DNA of 64,000 bases from contig OY969559.1 of the NCBI GenBank assembly GCA_963701075.1, positions 992,001-1,056,000 of the forward strand. The letters are read 5' to 3'. Numbering within the stretch: position 1 is the first letter of the stretch; each line of letters begins with the position of its first letter. A program made the position numbers and the translations under genes. A model generated the notes under the pieces. It was not told the origin of the DNA, made no database searches, and saw nothing but the letters and a program-made list of their open reading frames with translations. Positions 1 to 9,942 of this stretch are shown piece by piece. The stretch is from an uncultured Nitrososphaerota archaeon. Lineage in GTDB: Archaea; Thermoproteota; Nitrososphaeria; Nitrososphaerales; Nitrosopumilaceae.

Positions 1-1377
1 ATTGACTTGGTTGATCATTTTACTAAACATATACAGCCAAACGGTTACAAGGCTATAGTTGTTGCATCATCAAGAGAAGCCGCAGTTCTTTACAAAAGAG
101 AACTAGACAAACTAAATGCGCCGCAATCAAGAATCATAATGACTTCACAACTTGGTGAAAAAGGAAAAGATGGTAGTAACTGGGATGAATATTTCCTAAC
201 TCCTGAACAGCGTGAAATAAAATCTGAAGAGTTCAAAAAACCTGAAGACTCAACAAAGATCCTAATTGTTGTTGACATGCTTCTTGTAGGTTATGATGTT
301 CCAATTGCTCAAGTGTTGTATCTTGATCAGGGACTAAAAGAACACAATTTACTTCAGGCAATTGCTAGGGTAAACAGACCGTACGATGAAGCAAAAACCT
401 ATGGCTTGATAATAGATTATTGCGGAGTAACAAATGAGTTACAAAAGGCACTTGCTATTTTTGAAGAAGAAGATATTCAGGGCGCACTAGAACCTCTAAA
501 AGGAGAACTAGAAGAACTGAGGCTACGGCATTTAGACGTAATGTCTCATTTCAAGGATGTAGACAGAAACGATGACGATGCAATAATTACCAAGTTTGAA
601 CCTGTAGATATTCGGGATAAATTTGAGTATGATTTTAAGATGTTCTCAAAGGCTCTAGACGTAGTACTTCCTGACAAAGAAGCAGATCCGTACATTGCAG
701 ATTTTAAATTTGTTAGCAAAATCAGACAGATGATTCGTACGTATTATGAAGGTGTAAAGCCAAGCATTAGGGAATTTGGCAAAAAAGTGCAGCAACTAAT
801 TGATGATCACATTAGATCTTTGAATATTTCTGAATTGATGGACCCACGTGAAATTACCTATGATAATTTTATTGCATATGCAAAGAAATTCAAAAGTGAC
901 AGGGCAAGAACTGCCTTAATTAAAAACAAGGCAAGGCAGATAATTCGTGAACTAGCACCAAACAACCCTGCATATTATGAAAGATTGAGAGAAAGACTAG
1001 AAAAAATAATCACAGAAGAAGAAATTCGACGTAAAGAAAGTGCCGATTATTTTAACAAATATTTGGAAATTTATGAATCTGCACTAAATGAGAAAAAAGA
1101 AAGGGAAAAACTAGGATTTGAAACACCTTTTGAGTTTGCAGTATTTGGTGAATTACAAAACATAAAAAATAATGAAGAAAATTCAAAGCAAATCACCAAA
1201 ACAATATATCAAAAGATAAAAAAAGAGACAGAAATAATAGGCTGGAAAACAAAAACAAGCACAGAAAAGAATTTGCGTGTTATAATATTGGACATTTTAT
1301 CAGAAAATAAATTCAAGGAAGAAAAAATAGGTGAATTAAGTCGCAAAATAATAGATTTGGCAAAACATCACTTGTAA
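1..1377 (+). CDS. hsdR: Type I restriction-modification R subunit, 3' part (5' end outside window)
   Basis: SF2 helicase C-terminal motifs ILIVVDMLLVGYDVP, LYLDQGLKEHNLLQAIARVNR, GLIIDYCG, followed by a typical helical HsdR tail; frame open from window start. Confidence 0.93.
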   Translation: MDLVDHFTKHIQPNGYKAIVVASSREAAVLYKRELDKLNAPQSRIIMTSQLGEKGKDGSNWDEYFLTPEQREIKSEEFKKPEDSTKILIVVDMLLVGYDVPIAQVLYLDQGLKEHNLLQAIARVNRPYDEAKTYGLIIDYCGVTNELQKALAIFEEEDIQGALEPLKGELEELRLRHLDVMSHFKDVDRNDDDAIITKFEPVDIRDKFEYDFKMFSKALDVVLPDKEADPYIADFKFVSKIRQMIRTYYEGVKPSIREFGKKVQQLIDDHIRSLNISELMDPREITYDNFIAYAKKFKSDRARTALIKNKARQIIRELAPNNPAYYERLRERLEKIITEEEIRRKESADYFNKYLEIYESALNEKKEREKLGFETPFEFAVFGELQNIKNNEENSKQITKTIYQKIKKETEIIGWKTKTSTEKNLRVIILDILSENKFKEEKIGELSRKIIDLAKHHL

Positions 1378-2081
1378 AAAGAAAGCTCCAGTATGGCACT
1401 AGTACTCTAGAATATTCTATAGTTAAAAGTAGACGCAGAAAAACATCTGAAATTATTGTAGATAAAGACGGAATTATGATTCGTACACCCTATAACAAAC
1501 CAATTTCGGAAATTCAACAAATAATTCAGATAAAAAAAGGCTGGATTTTTAAAAAACATCTGGAATTTAAAAAAAGAACATCTGAAATTCCAATTTTCAC
1601 CTATAAATCAGGGACAAAATTACCTTACTTAGGACAAAATTACACTCTAACTGTACTGAAAGGCCAGAAAAAAGAAGGCATTGCATTTTCTAAAAAAGGA
1701 TTTTTTGTCAACTTAAAAACCAATGACCTAAAACAAGTAAAGTCATTATATGAAAAATGGTTATTTTCAAGAGCTCAAAAGATTTTTGAAAATAAAATCA
1801 AACTTTATTCTACAAAATTAGGTCTAAAGCCAGAGAAAATCATCATAAAAAATTTAAAAAACCGATGGGGAAGTACAACTAAGAATAATATCATTAATTT
1901 GAACATGAATTTAATTAAAACACCGCAAGAAATTATTGGATATGTAATATTACACGAGCTATGTCACCTCAAAATTAAAGATCACTCGTATCATTTTTGG
2001 GATTTAGTAAGAAAATTCATGCCTAATTATCCAGAAAAAAAGTGTTGGCTTGAAGTGAATAGTACCAGAATTGTTGATTAA
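1374..2081 (+). CDS. M48/YgjP (DUF45) zinc metallopeptidase-like protein linked to type I RM
   Basis: KNRWGS and YVILHELCHL..DHS..FW motifs; frame stays open upstream of ATG 1476 with family-like sequence (YSIVKSRRRKTSEIIV); true start uncertain. Confidence 0.88.
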   Translation, partial: VKRKLQYGTSTLEYSIVKSRRRKTSEIIVDKDGIMIRTPYNKPISEIQQIIQIKKGWIFKKHLEFKKRTSEIPIFTYKSGTKLPYLGQNYTLTVLKGQKKEGIAFSKKGFFVNLKTNDLKQVKSLYEKWLFSRAQKIFENKIKLYSTKLGLKPEKIIIKNLKNRWGSTTKNNIINLNMNLIKTPQEIIGYVILHELCHLKIKDHSYHFWDLVRKFMPNYPEKKCWLEVNSTRIVD

Positions 2082-2178
2082 TTCATTTGTGTTTCATTAT
2101 ATAAATATAAACTTTATGGTTATTTTATTATCAAAAAATCACATAACTATTTAAAGAACTGTGATCTTATGATAATAA

Positions 2179-4266
2179 ATGGATACTACTGCAATAAACA
2201 TAATCAGAGAAGTAGCCAATGGCAATTCAGACCCCAAGGCAATAATGCAGAATGTTGGAATAAAGGAGTGGCAACTAAATTCAAAATTAAAAGATCTCAT
2301 ACAGCAGGGTTATCTGCAAAAGGAGGAATCTACCGTCAGATTTCAAGACAATGCCAAACCTACAACTATTCGAAATTTAATAAAAAAGTTCAACATAGAA
2401 AAAATACTTCGTGGAGCAAACGAAATCATCTTTTCATATTTGACAGAACCAATATCCATCAATGAAATTATTTCAAAAACAGATTTATCGACGTCTACAG
2501 TTTACCGAGCTATATCTGATTTTGAATCTATAGGCGCAATTACAAAAGAGGATGACAAGATTTCAGTAAACAATTCCGATGATCAATTAACACTTTTGGC
2601 CAGCATATTAAAGACAGAACGGGATAACATGTACGAACCAAATGCAGAAATAATTTATCAAGATGCGTCTAAAGTTCTAAAAAAAGTAATACGGGGGAAA
2701 ATTACTGAGGGGCAACTCACAGGTTTTTCTTTGTTTAACGAGTATGGAATTGAATATCACACAAATTTCGATTATTACATAAAACAGGATATTCCCTTAG
2801 ATGTTCAACATGTATTAATTCATGCAGTATATGATACACAGAAAAATCAAGACAAAACTGGCCTTACAATGGCGATAATTTTTTATCTAAAAAATAAAAA
2901 TAAGATGGATGTTCTTAATATCAGACAGATAGCTGAATCATTTAAGATCGCACATGTTTGGATAGATATAGAGGGGTACATAAGAAATAACGAATTAAAA
3001 AATACACATCTGTTCCTTTCAAAACAAGAGTTCATGGAAAAAGCTGATCTTTATGATGTATCACCTGATTTGTATACACTTCCGGAAGGACACCCAAAAC
3101 TATTTGATGATATTGGTACAAGCGTACCTCAGTTTGCAAGAACTTACTTGATTGGTGGAGAAAACATGAGAATCAAGGGATTAAAGGCAAGAACCAAGGA
3201 TATAGACTTGGTAGTTGAAACAAAAGAGGATTACGAATCAATCGTAACAGCACTCACAAAATTAGGATATGAACCCAGAACGAATGATGTATTTTCACGG
3301 GAGGATTTGAGAGTATACCCATCAATAATAATGACTCATCCTAATAGAAGTCAAATCGATTTATATACAAAGAAAATTCTACGAACACTCTCCTTATCGA
3401 GTACGATGATAAGCCGAGCAGACTTGGAAGATCATGGCTATTTACGCTTAGGGTTGCTACGAAATGAGGATCTATTCTTGTTAAAAGCTGTTACTAGTAG
3501 AGAAGGAGACATTCAAGACATGGCCTTACTTGCAAGATTGAGTTATGTCGGTGATGGAAAATTCCGACAACCAGAATTTAATTGGGATATAGTATGGGAT
3601 GAAATATTACGGCAAGAAGAAGAAAACAAAATTCAATCGTTTAGTGATGTCATATTAGAAAACATAGAATGGTTGATAGAACAGACCGGAATAATACCAC
3701 CGTTTCGTAACAAATTACAGAGATTTGTATTAGATCAAAAAATAAGAAAGCTTGTACGTGAAGGGAAAATACCATTAAAAGAAATAGTGAATTTGCTAGA
3801 AAGTGATGACAATCCAGAATCAACAATAAGAAATCGTATAGAAGCACTAGTCAAAGAAGGAATACTAAAAAAAGAATATGAAAACAATGATGTCTTTGTA
3901 TTACCCATACAAGAAATCGTTTTTCCAGAACCAGATTGGAAGATTACATCCGAGAGTTTAGAAACTTATCTACGATGGAAATTTCCTACAAGAAAAGTTG
4001 CCACTCCCTTACAGATTCAAAAATTTGTAGATGAGGTGTTATCTACTGGAAATACGACCATTGTAGATCTTGACAAATTAGTACAGAATATAGTTTGTAA
4101 ATTAAAAGAATATGAGAAGGTGTATTATCCCAAAGAACGACTAAGTCAAACTGGGGCCTTAAGGGTGTGTATTGGATTTTCTGATCCCAAATTGGGAAAA
4201 AATGGAACTACCAACTTTTACATCAGTGACTTTGATAAATTTGCAAAGATCGGAGGGTTAAATTAA
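2179..4266 (+). CDS. Multidomain protein: tandem wHTH + AbiEi-like region + DUF6036/AbiEii-like nucleotidyltransferase + C-terminal wHTH/helical domain
   Basis: HTH-like DLSTSTVYRAISDFESIGAI; NTase signature YLIGGENMRIKGLKARTKDIDLVV, with IDLY and LLKAVTSREGDIQD; further wHTH ESTIRNRIEALVKEGILKK. Confidence 0.75.
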   Translation: MDTTAINIIREVANGNSDPKAIMQNVGIKEWQLNSKLKDLIQQGYLQKEESTVRFQDNAKPTTIRNLIKKFNIEKILRGANEIIFSYLTEPISINEIISKTDLSTSTVYRAISDFESIGAITKEDDKISVNNSDDQLTLLASILKTERDNMYEPNAEIIYQDASKVLKKVIRGKITEGQLTGFSLFNEYGIEYHTNFDYYIKQDIPLDVQHVLIHAVYDTQKNQDKTGLTMAIIFYLKNKNKMDVLNIRQIAESFKIAHVWIDIEGYIRNNELKNTHLFLSKQEFMEKADLYDVSPDLYTLPEGHPKLFDDIGTSVPQFARTYLIGGENMRIKGLKARTKDIDLVVETKEDYESIVTALTKLGYEPRTNDVFSREDLRVYPSIIMTHPNRSQIDLYTKKILRTLSLSSTMISRADLEDHGYLRLGLLRNEDLFLLKAVTSREGDIQDMALLARLSYVGDGKFRQPEFNWDIVWDEILRQEEENKIQSFSDVILENIEWLIEQTGIIPPFRNKLQRFVLDQKIRKLVREGKIPLKEIVNLLESDDNPESTIRNRIEALVKEGILKKEYENNDVFVLPIQEIVFPEPDWKITSESLETYLRWKFPTRKVATPLQIQKFVDEVLSTGNTTIVDLDKLVQNIVCKLKEYEKVYYPKERLSQTGALRVCIGFSDPKLGKNGTTNFYISDFDKFAKIGGLN

Positions 4267-4297
4267 TGTACACAGAAATTAATATGAGGTTATCAAA

Positions 4298-5177
4298 ATG
4301 AGTGTGGAAGAACGATTAAACACAATTCTCCCTGCAGCAGAAGCAGAACTAGGGAATAGAAACTTTGTTGCGATACTTGGTCTGTCTGGTGTAGGAAAAA
4401 CTGTATTGGTGACATTGCTTGGACATGCATTAGACAAATATTTTCTAAAGAAACAATCAGAAATCAAAGGACGTATCACTGGAGGAAGGGTATTTTTGGA
4501 AACATGTGAAAATGGAATGTTAGATGGCATATTCCCAGAAAGAACTCAGCTTCTAGCAAGAGAGGAAATCGTTATAGAAATGAACAGAAGCGGTGGAACT
4601 GGAAAAGCCATTGAAATTAGATTGCCAGATATCTCAGGTGAAACTTTTAACACCCTGTGTTTAGGTGATGAGATATCAGCTGAAAGAGAGAGCCTTAAAG
4701 ATATTTGAAACATCCAAACCAAAAGGCAAGACTTTTGGAGATATGACATACGTCATTTATGCTAAAATTTATCTCATTCTGTTAGATTGTTCAAAAATAG
4801 GCGAATGGGAAAAATTAGCAATCAGACATAATCAAGCATTAGCAACAATCAAAGAATTACAAAGTGTTAGACTAAAAAAAGAAATCAACAAAATAGAAAG
4901 TCCGATAGGAATTGTTTTAACAAAATCAGATACACTATCCAATCCAGATGAACCTGCAAAATCTGTGGTGGACAACAATATGGGAAGATTTCTTAACACA
5001 CTAGATTCGTTACATAAAGGTGAAAAAGAATTTTTTAAACTTCACGTGGATGTTGAACGAAATACAGATAATGCAATCACAGATCCAACTGCGTTAAAAG
5101 TAAGAAGACCGTTGACGTATAGTCACGATGAATACATGAGATTGCTCAAGTGGATTCATGATAACAGCTCGGAATAA
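4298..5177 (+). CDS. TRAFAC-like P-loop GTPase (DO-GTPase-like), split by +1 shift near 4683-4685; 292 aa if joined
   Basis: G1 GLSGVGKT and G3 DISGE in ORF 4298-4708; LILLDCS strand and G4 TKSD in ORF 4665-5177; removing one A gives DEISAEERALKIFETS. Confidence 0.75.
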
Positions 5178-5179
5178 AA

Positions 5180-6469
5180 TTGCCAACTTGTGAACATTTC
5201 ATTTATACCGCAGGAAAGATCGGCACCAAAGAAGGATATCAGATCATTGCCAGGAGCGAAGGAATTTCTGATAGAATCGTTGATAATCTTTTAGAATACC
5301 TGTTTCCCATAGGTGTAAAATCTGAAGAATTCACAGAATCAAGATCACTTTTAGTTTTTGATAAAACCAAGATTGCTTACAGTATAATAAAAAACTTAGG
5401 AATCGGCTACGACGGTAGACGTGGTACTTTATACAATCATACTTTCATAATAAACAAAGATGATTTTGAAAAATTAAATTATGATTCCAGAGTATTCGAG
5501 AGTTTCTTCATACAAAACCCATCAATTCGCGGTAGACTAGAACCTATTAAAATAAACACAACAGCCAAACTACCACGTTTAGAATTACTTCAAAAATTGG
5601 ATGAAAAGATCCTTAGTGAAATCTTACATGCCTTGCTTAAAAAAACAAAAATTGCCCTGGTGAAGCTTGATGATTTGGAACTGATACCTAATCTACTTGC
5701 ACTGCTGCCACCGCCTCTACGACTAGTCTCATTTTCTACCCTAGTTAATGATCCAGATAAGCAATACAAGTATGACCTTATTCAGATCCCCGAACGAGCA
5801 CAGAATAAAGTTGGACGAGGCTTTACCGTAATTAGTCATGACTTAACAAAGATTTCAAAGCATGATGATCCCTTTAACGAATCAGTCCAGCTTCTTGTTA
5901 ACGTTGTTAAGACAAAAAATACAGTACAATTAGAAAAGATTTTCAGCGACTTTCAGAAAATCTCTGTACACGTATCTCAAGTACGAAATATTGAGCTTAA
6001 AGAAATTTTCAATCAAGATGAATTCAAACATCTTGAAAAGAAAGAGAAATTTGCAAAAATGACTCAAAAAATTCAAGAACTTTATTCAAGCTCGTCATTT
6101 AATCAAGCGCCAACGCGAGTCGTCGTATCAATTACAAAGAAACTAAGAAAGACAATCGAACATGCTTTGAAAAGACAACAGAAATCCAAAACCCCATCAC
6201 AAGCAGACACAGACAAGCTGCTGGCGGCTGTAAAAGTTTTGCTAGATTGTATGTATTACACAAAAAACTATAGCGGTAAAAAGATTTCTCCATCAACAAA
6301 AAAAGACATTATTTCAGAGATAACAATCTTAGAAGAAATTATGAAAAAATACAAAATTAAAGATTCAAAGGCTAAATTTGATCCCTATGAATATGCAGCA
6401 ATGGCGTTTGAACAAACTATGAAATATAGTCAGGCATTATTACGATTATGGTTTGTACCTCGAGGTTAG
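5180..6469 (+). CDS. GTPase-associated protein with GAP1-N2-like N-terminus, GAP1-M-like middle and helical C-terminus
   Basis: Pattern FIYTAG..G..EGYQIIARSEGI...LGIGYDGRRGTLYNHTFII and LLPPPLRLVSFSTL..P; starts 2 nt after the GTPase stop. Confidence 0.6.
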   Translation: MPTCEHFIYTAGKIGTKEGYQIIARSEGISDRIVDNLLEYLFPIGVKSEEFTESRSLLVFDKTKIAYSIIKNLGIGYDGRRGTLYNHTFIINKDDFEKLNYDSRVFESFFIQNPSIRGRLEPIKINTTAKLPRLELLQKLDEKILSEILHALLKKTKIALVKLDDLELIPNLLALLPPPLRLVSFSTLVNDPDKQYKYDLIQIPERAQNKVGRGFTVISHDLTKISKHDDPFNESVQLLVNVVKTKNTVQLEKIFSDFQKISVHVSQVRNIELKEIFNQDEFKHLEKKEKFAKMTQKIQELYSSSSFNQAPTRVVVSITKKLRKTIEHALKRQQKSKTPSQADTDKLLAAVKVLLDCMYYTKNYSGKKISPSTKKDIISEITILEEIMKKYKIKDSKAKFDPYEYAAMAFEQTMKYSQALLRLWFVPRG

Positions 6470-6642
6470 AAATCACACACTCAAAGAGGCTTTAAAAATA
6501 GGAGTTTCAAGAAGAACGTACTTTGATTGGCAAAAGAAAATAAGAGATGGAATTCCTTTTTCGTTAAAAACAAAGACTTTAAAAAAATTATTAATTTCTT
6601 ACTGAAAACTTATCTTGTTGGACAATAATAAAATGATTCTAG

Positions 6643-9600
6643 ATGATCCAACTTACTGAAATTGAGAGTCGTATTTTTACAGAACTATCTAAGATAGACA
6701 CAAAAATTTCAGATATTTATTATGGCGCAATATCCGTACTTGATAGAGAGACCAGTTTTTCCATAGGTATACAAGAATCGAGCTTACCACAAGATTCTAG
6801 TTCACAACAAAGACCAAATCCAGAAAGATTATTTCATGCAGCTCATTCTCTACGCGAAACATTAAATGTTCTTTTAAGAAGAATAGAAATACCAGAACAG
6901 TCTGATGCTTTCAGAGAAAAGATAAAAAAATTTGCAGATCCATTAGGACAACTTCCTGATAATCTTCATGGCTTATTTAATGAATTATTTGATTTACATA
7001 GATGGTTCACAAGTGTTTCACATCATGGACGTTATCCAACCGATGGTGAATTTTTAGATAAATTTGAAAAATTCAATTCAACCTTAGTTCGAATCCTTAC
7101 ACCACATTTTGTATCCCTAGGAGAAATGGATAAACTCATAGCTATTGACAATCCCACAGAAGAGGATATGGAAAAAATATTGCCACTCATGTCAAAAAAT
7201 TATTCTTCTTACGGCCATTTCTTTACTACTGCAAATAGTAATTGGATTACTTTACTGAAAAACAAGGGCTTTTTCCAAAATCCGCCCATACCAAAACGTG
7301 AAGGAAACTTTATTCAATTTCCTTCATGGCCAGAATCATATTATCTGGCTAAAATTGCTGCTGAAAAACCCGATATAGTTTATACAACAATTAGAGAATG
7401 TAAAATATCATCTAACAAAGATGAATGGAATCCCAGAGTTCTTGAAGATTTTGTAAAAGCTGCAATACGTATGCCATGTGAATATGCATCGAAAATGTCC
7501 ACACTGATTGTTGAGAATAAGTGGCAAGATACAAGAACCCTTTCGTTACTTAATACAGAGTTATCAAATCTAATGGAAAAATTATCTGATTGTGGTGATA
7601 TTGAATCATCTATAGAACTTGGTAGTATGTTGCTAGATGTGGATATTGTAGAATTATCTCCGAGAGGGAGTATCGAAAATGTGGAATAAAGAAGTACAAA
7701 GTAAAATCGATAATTATACTTATGAAGAGATACTTAAAAAAATACCAAAATTAGCTGAGAAAGATCCCATTGCTGCTACAAAATTACTTGCAGATAAACT
7801 CAATAAGGCCATATTTTTAGAACAAAAGAAAAATTCGAATAAAGCAAGTGATGACGACTATTCATATTATTGGAGACCGGCCATAGAAGAGCACTCCAAT
7901 AATTGGGAGACTCAAAACATAAAATCAATGCTGGTAAAATCACTAAGAGATGTACTAGAAACATCTGGTTACAAAAACATTGAAACTCTAAAGAAAATAC
8001 TTGAAATTCTAAAAGAAAAAAACTATCATATTTTTAGGCGGTTGGAACTTCATGTATATCGTCTCTTTCCTAATGAATTTAAGAATGAAATTGAAATAAT
8101 TGCTGTAGATTATTTTGGTAAGGCGAGTTTTCTACATGAATATTATCTCTTATTACAACAAAATTATGCCACATTGACAAAATTCACACAAGAAAAAATT
8201 CTTGCCTTGATTGAACAAGGCCCTAATTTTGATAGATTTCGTGGAACAAAAGAAGAATTTGAACAATACAAAAAATATTGGAAAGCATCCAAACTTGAAC
8301 CAATTATCAAATATTTACCAATTGAAAAACAGCAGGAATATGATAACCTAGTACACGAGGTAGGCCCTCTTGAATTAACAAACTTTTCAATGTCTCAGTC
8401 GGCATTTCAACAAATAGTATCACATACTGAATTATCTGAAGAAATGAATGTGGATCAAGTTATTGCATTTATCAAATCATACCGATTAAAGGACGAACAT
8501 TTTATGGAGGATGATGGTACTGCAACGAAATTCAAGGAGTTTGTAGAGAAAATGCCTCTGGAATATTCGTCTATGGCATTAGAACTTCTTTCTGCACACC
8601 CTGTATTTTCTTATGAATTATTTTGGGGTTTATCTGATGCATTAAAAAACAAGAAAAAAATTGAATGGGTGCCTGTTATAACACTCTGTGAAAAAATACT
8701 GGAAAATTCTCAAGACTCACGATATGAGAAAACCCTTGGAAACATCATAAGTTTCATGGCAGATCTACTTGAAACTAATATGTTACATACAGATTTGTCC
8801 ATAGGATTTGAAATGCGTGATAGAGTATGGCAAATATTGAAAAAATTGGTTGAACTAGCGGCCGATGATTCCACATGGGCAAGTAGTTATCCTAAAAGGA
8901 ATTTTGATTCTTTTACAATATCAATAAACAGCGAAATAGGAAGATCCATGAATGCGGTTATGCAATATTCTGTGTGGTGCTATCACGGCTTAAAAAAGAA
9001 AACACATGATAAAGATGGGTTAGTGAATGAAGTAAAAAAATTGTTAAGTGAAAGATTAGATCCTAAAATTGACAGTACGGTATCTACTCATGCAGTTTTT
9101 GGTTTTCATTTAGCCAATCTCTTTGCATTAGATAAAGAGTGGACAAGAGAGAATTTAAAGAAAATATTTCTTACGGGGGAATTAGAAATTCTTGGGTATG
9201 CTGCTTGGGATGCATATCTCCATCAGCAAATATATTCAAACGTTTTTGTTGAAATGAAAGAAGAATATGCCAATCAAATTAACAAACTAAATTCAAAAGA
9301 ACCAGAAGAAGAGATAAAAAAACATGTGGAGAAGAGATTAGCAGAACAAATTGGGTTAACATACATGTTAAAAATAAAAGAAAGTGAACCACTCTTCAAT
9401 CTATTTATGAGTAAAGCTCCCCCTAGATTAATGGGGTACTGTATTGAGTTCATTGGCAGGCAATTGGAATACTACAAGAAAGATGGAAAGACACCTGAAC
9501 AAGATATTAAACAACTTTGTAATAAAAAAGAGATACAAAAATACCCTGAGGCTGGCTGGTTATTTTTAAATAGTGTTCTTGACAAGAATTTTAATATACA

Positions 9601-9892
9601 TTTACTTCTTGAAACGCTCAATCAAACTCACGGTAAGATTGAACCAATATACCAAATTCCAAAAGAACTTGTATCCTATGCAAAAGACTTTCCGATAGAA
9701 GTTTTACAATGTATGGAAAAGATCATCCAAGCATATCAGAAAACCTTTGAAATTCCAATGATGAAAGATCATTTAAGAGAAATCATCAAGATTGTAAAAG
9801 ATAGTAGCGATTCTACAGGAATAAGTAAGGCTGCAGAACTAGTTAATTTCCTTGGTTCTCTTGGTTATGAAGAATATAGGGATCTATTATAA
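6643..9892 (+). CDS. Large putative defence protein: N-terminal HEPN-like nuclease plus long alpha-helical domain; split by +1 shift at 7676-7679 (1082 aa if joined)
   Basis: NPERLFHAAHSLRETLNVLL and RWFTSVSH (Rx6H); WPESYYLAKIA and WRPAIEEHSNN motifs recalled from helical regions of SIR2/STAND-type defence proteins; ORFs 6643-7689 and 7679-9892 join on removing one A. Confidence 0.55.
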
Positions 9893-9942
9893 TAAAAAGA
9901 TGATATGTCAAAGTTGAAATTCCATAGTTTCTATTCTCAGAT

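Noticed and set aside
4665-4708. Programmed ribosomal frameshift in the GTPase at GAAAGAGAGAG
   Set aside because: The needed shift is +1, no stimulatory structure was seen, and similar +1 splits occur in unrelated genes, favouring error or mutation
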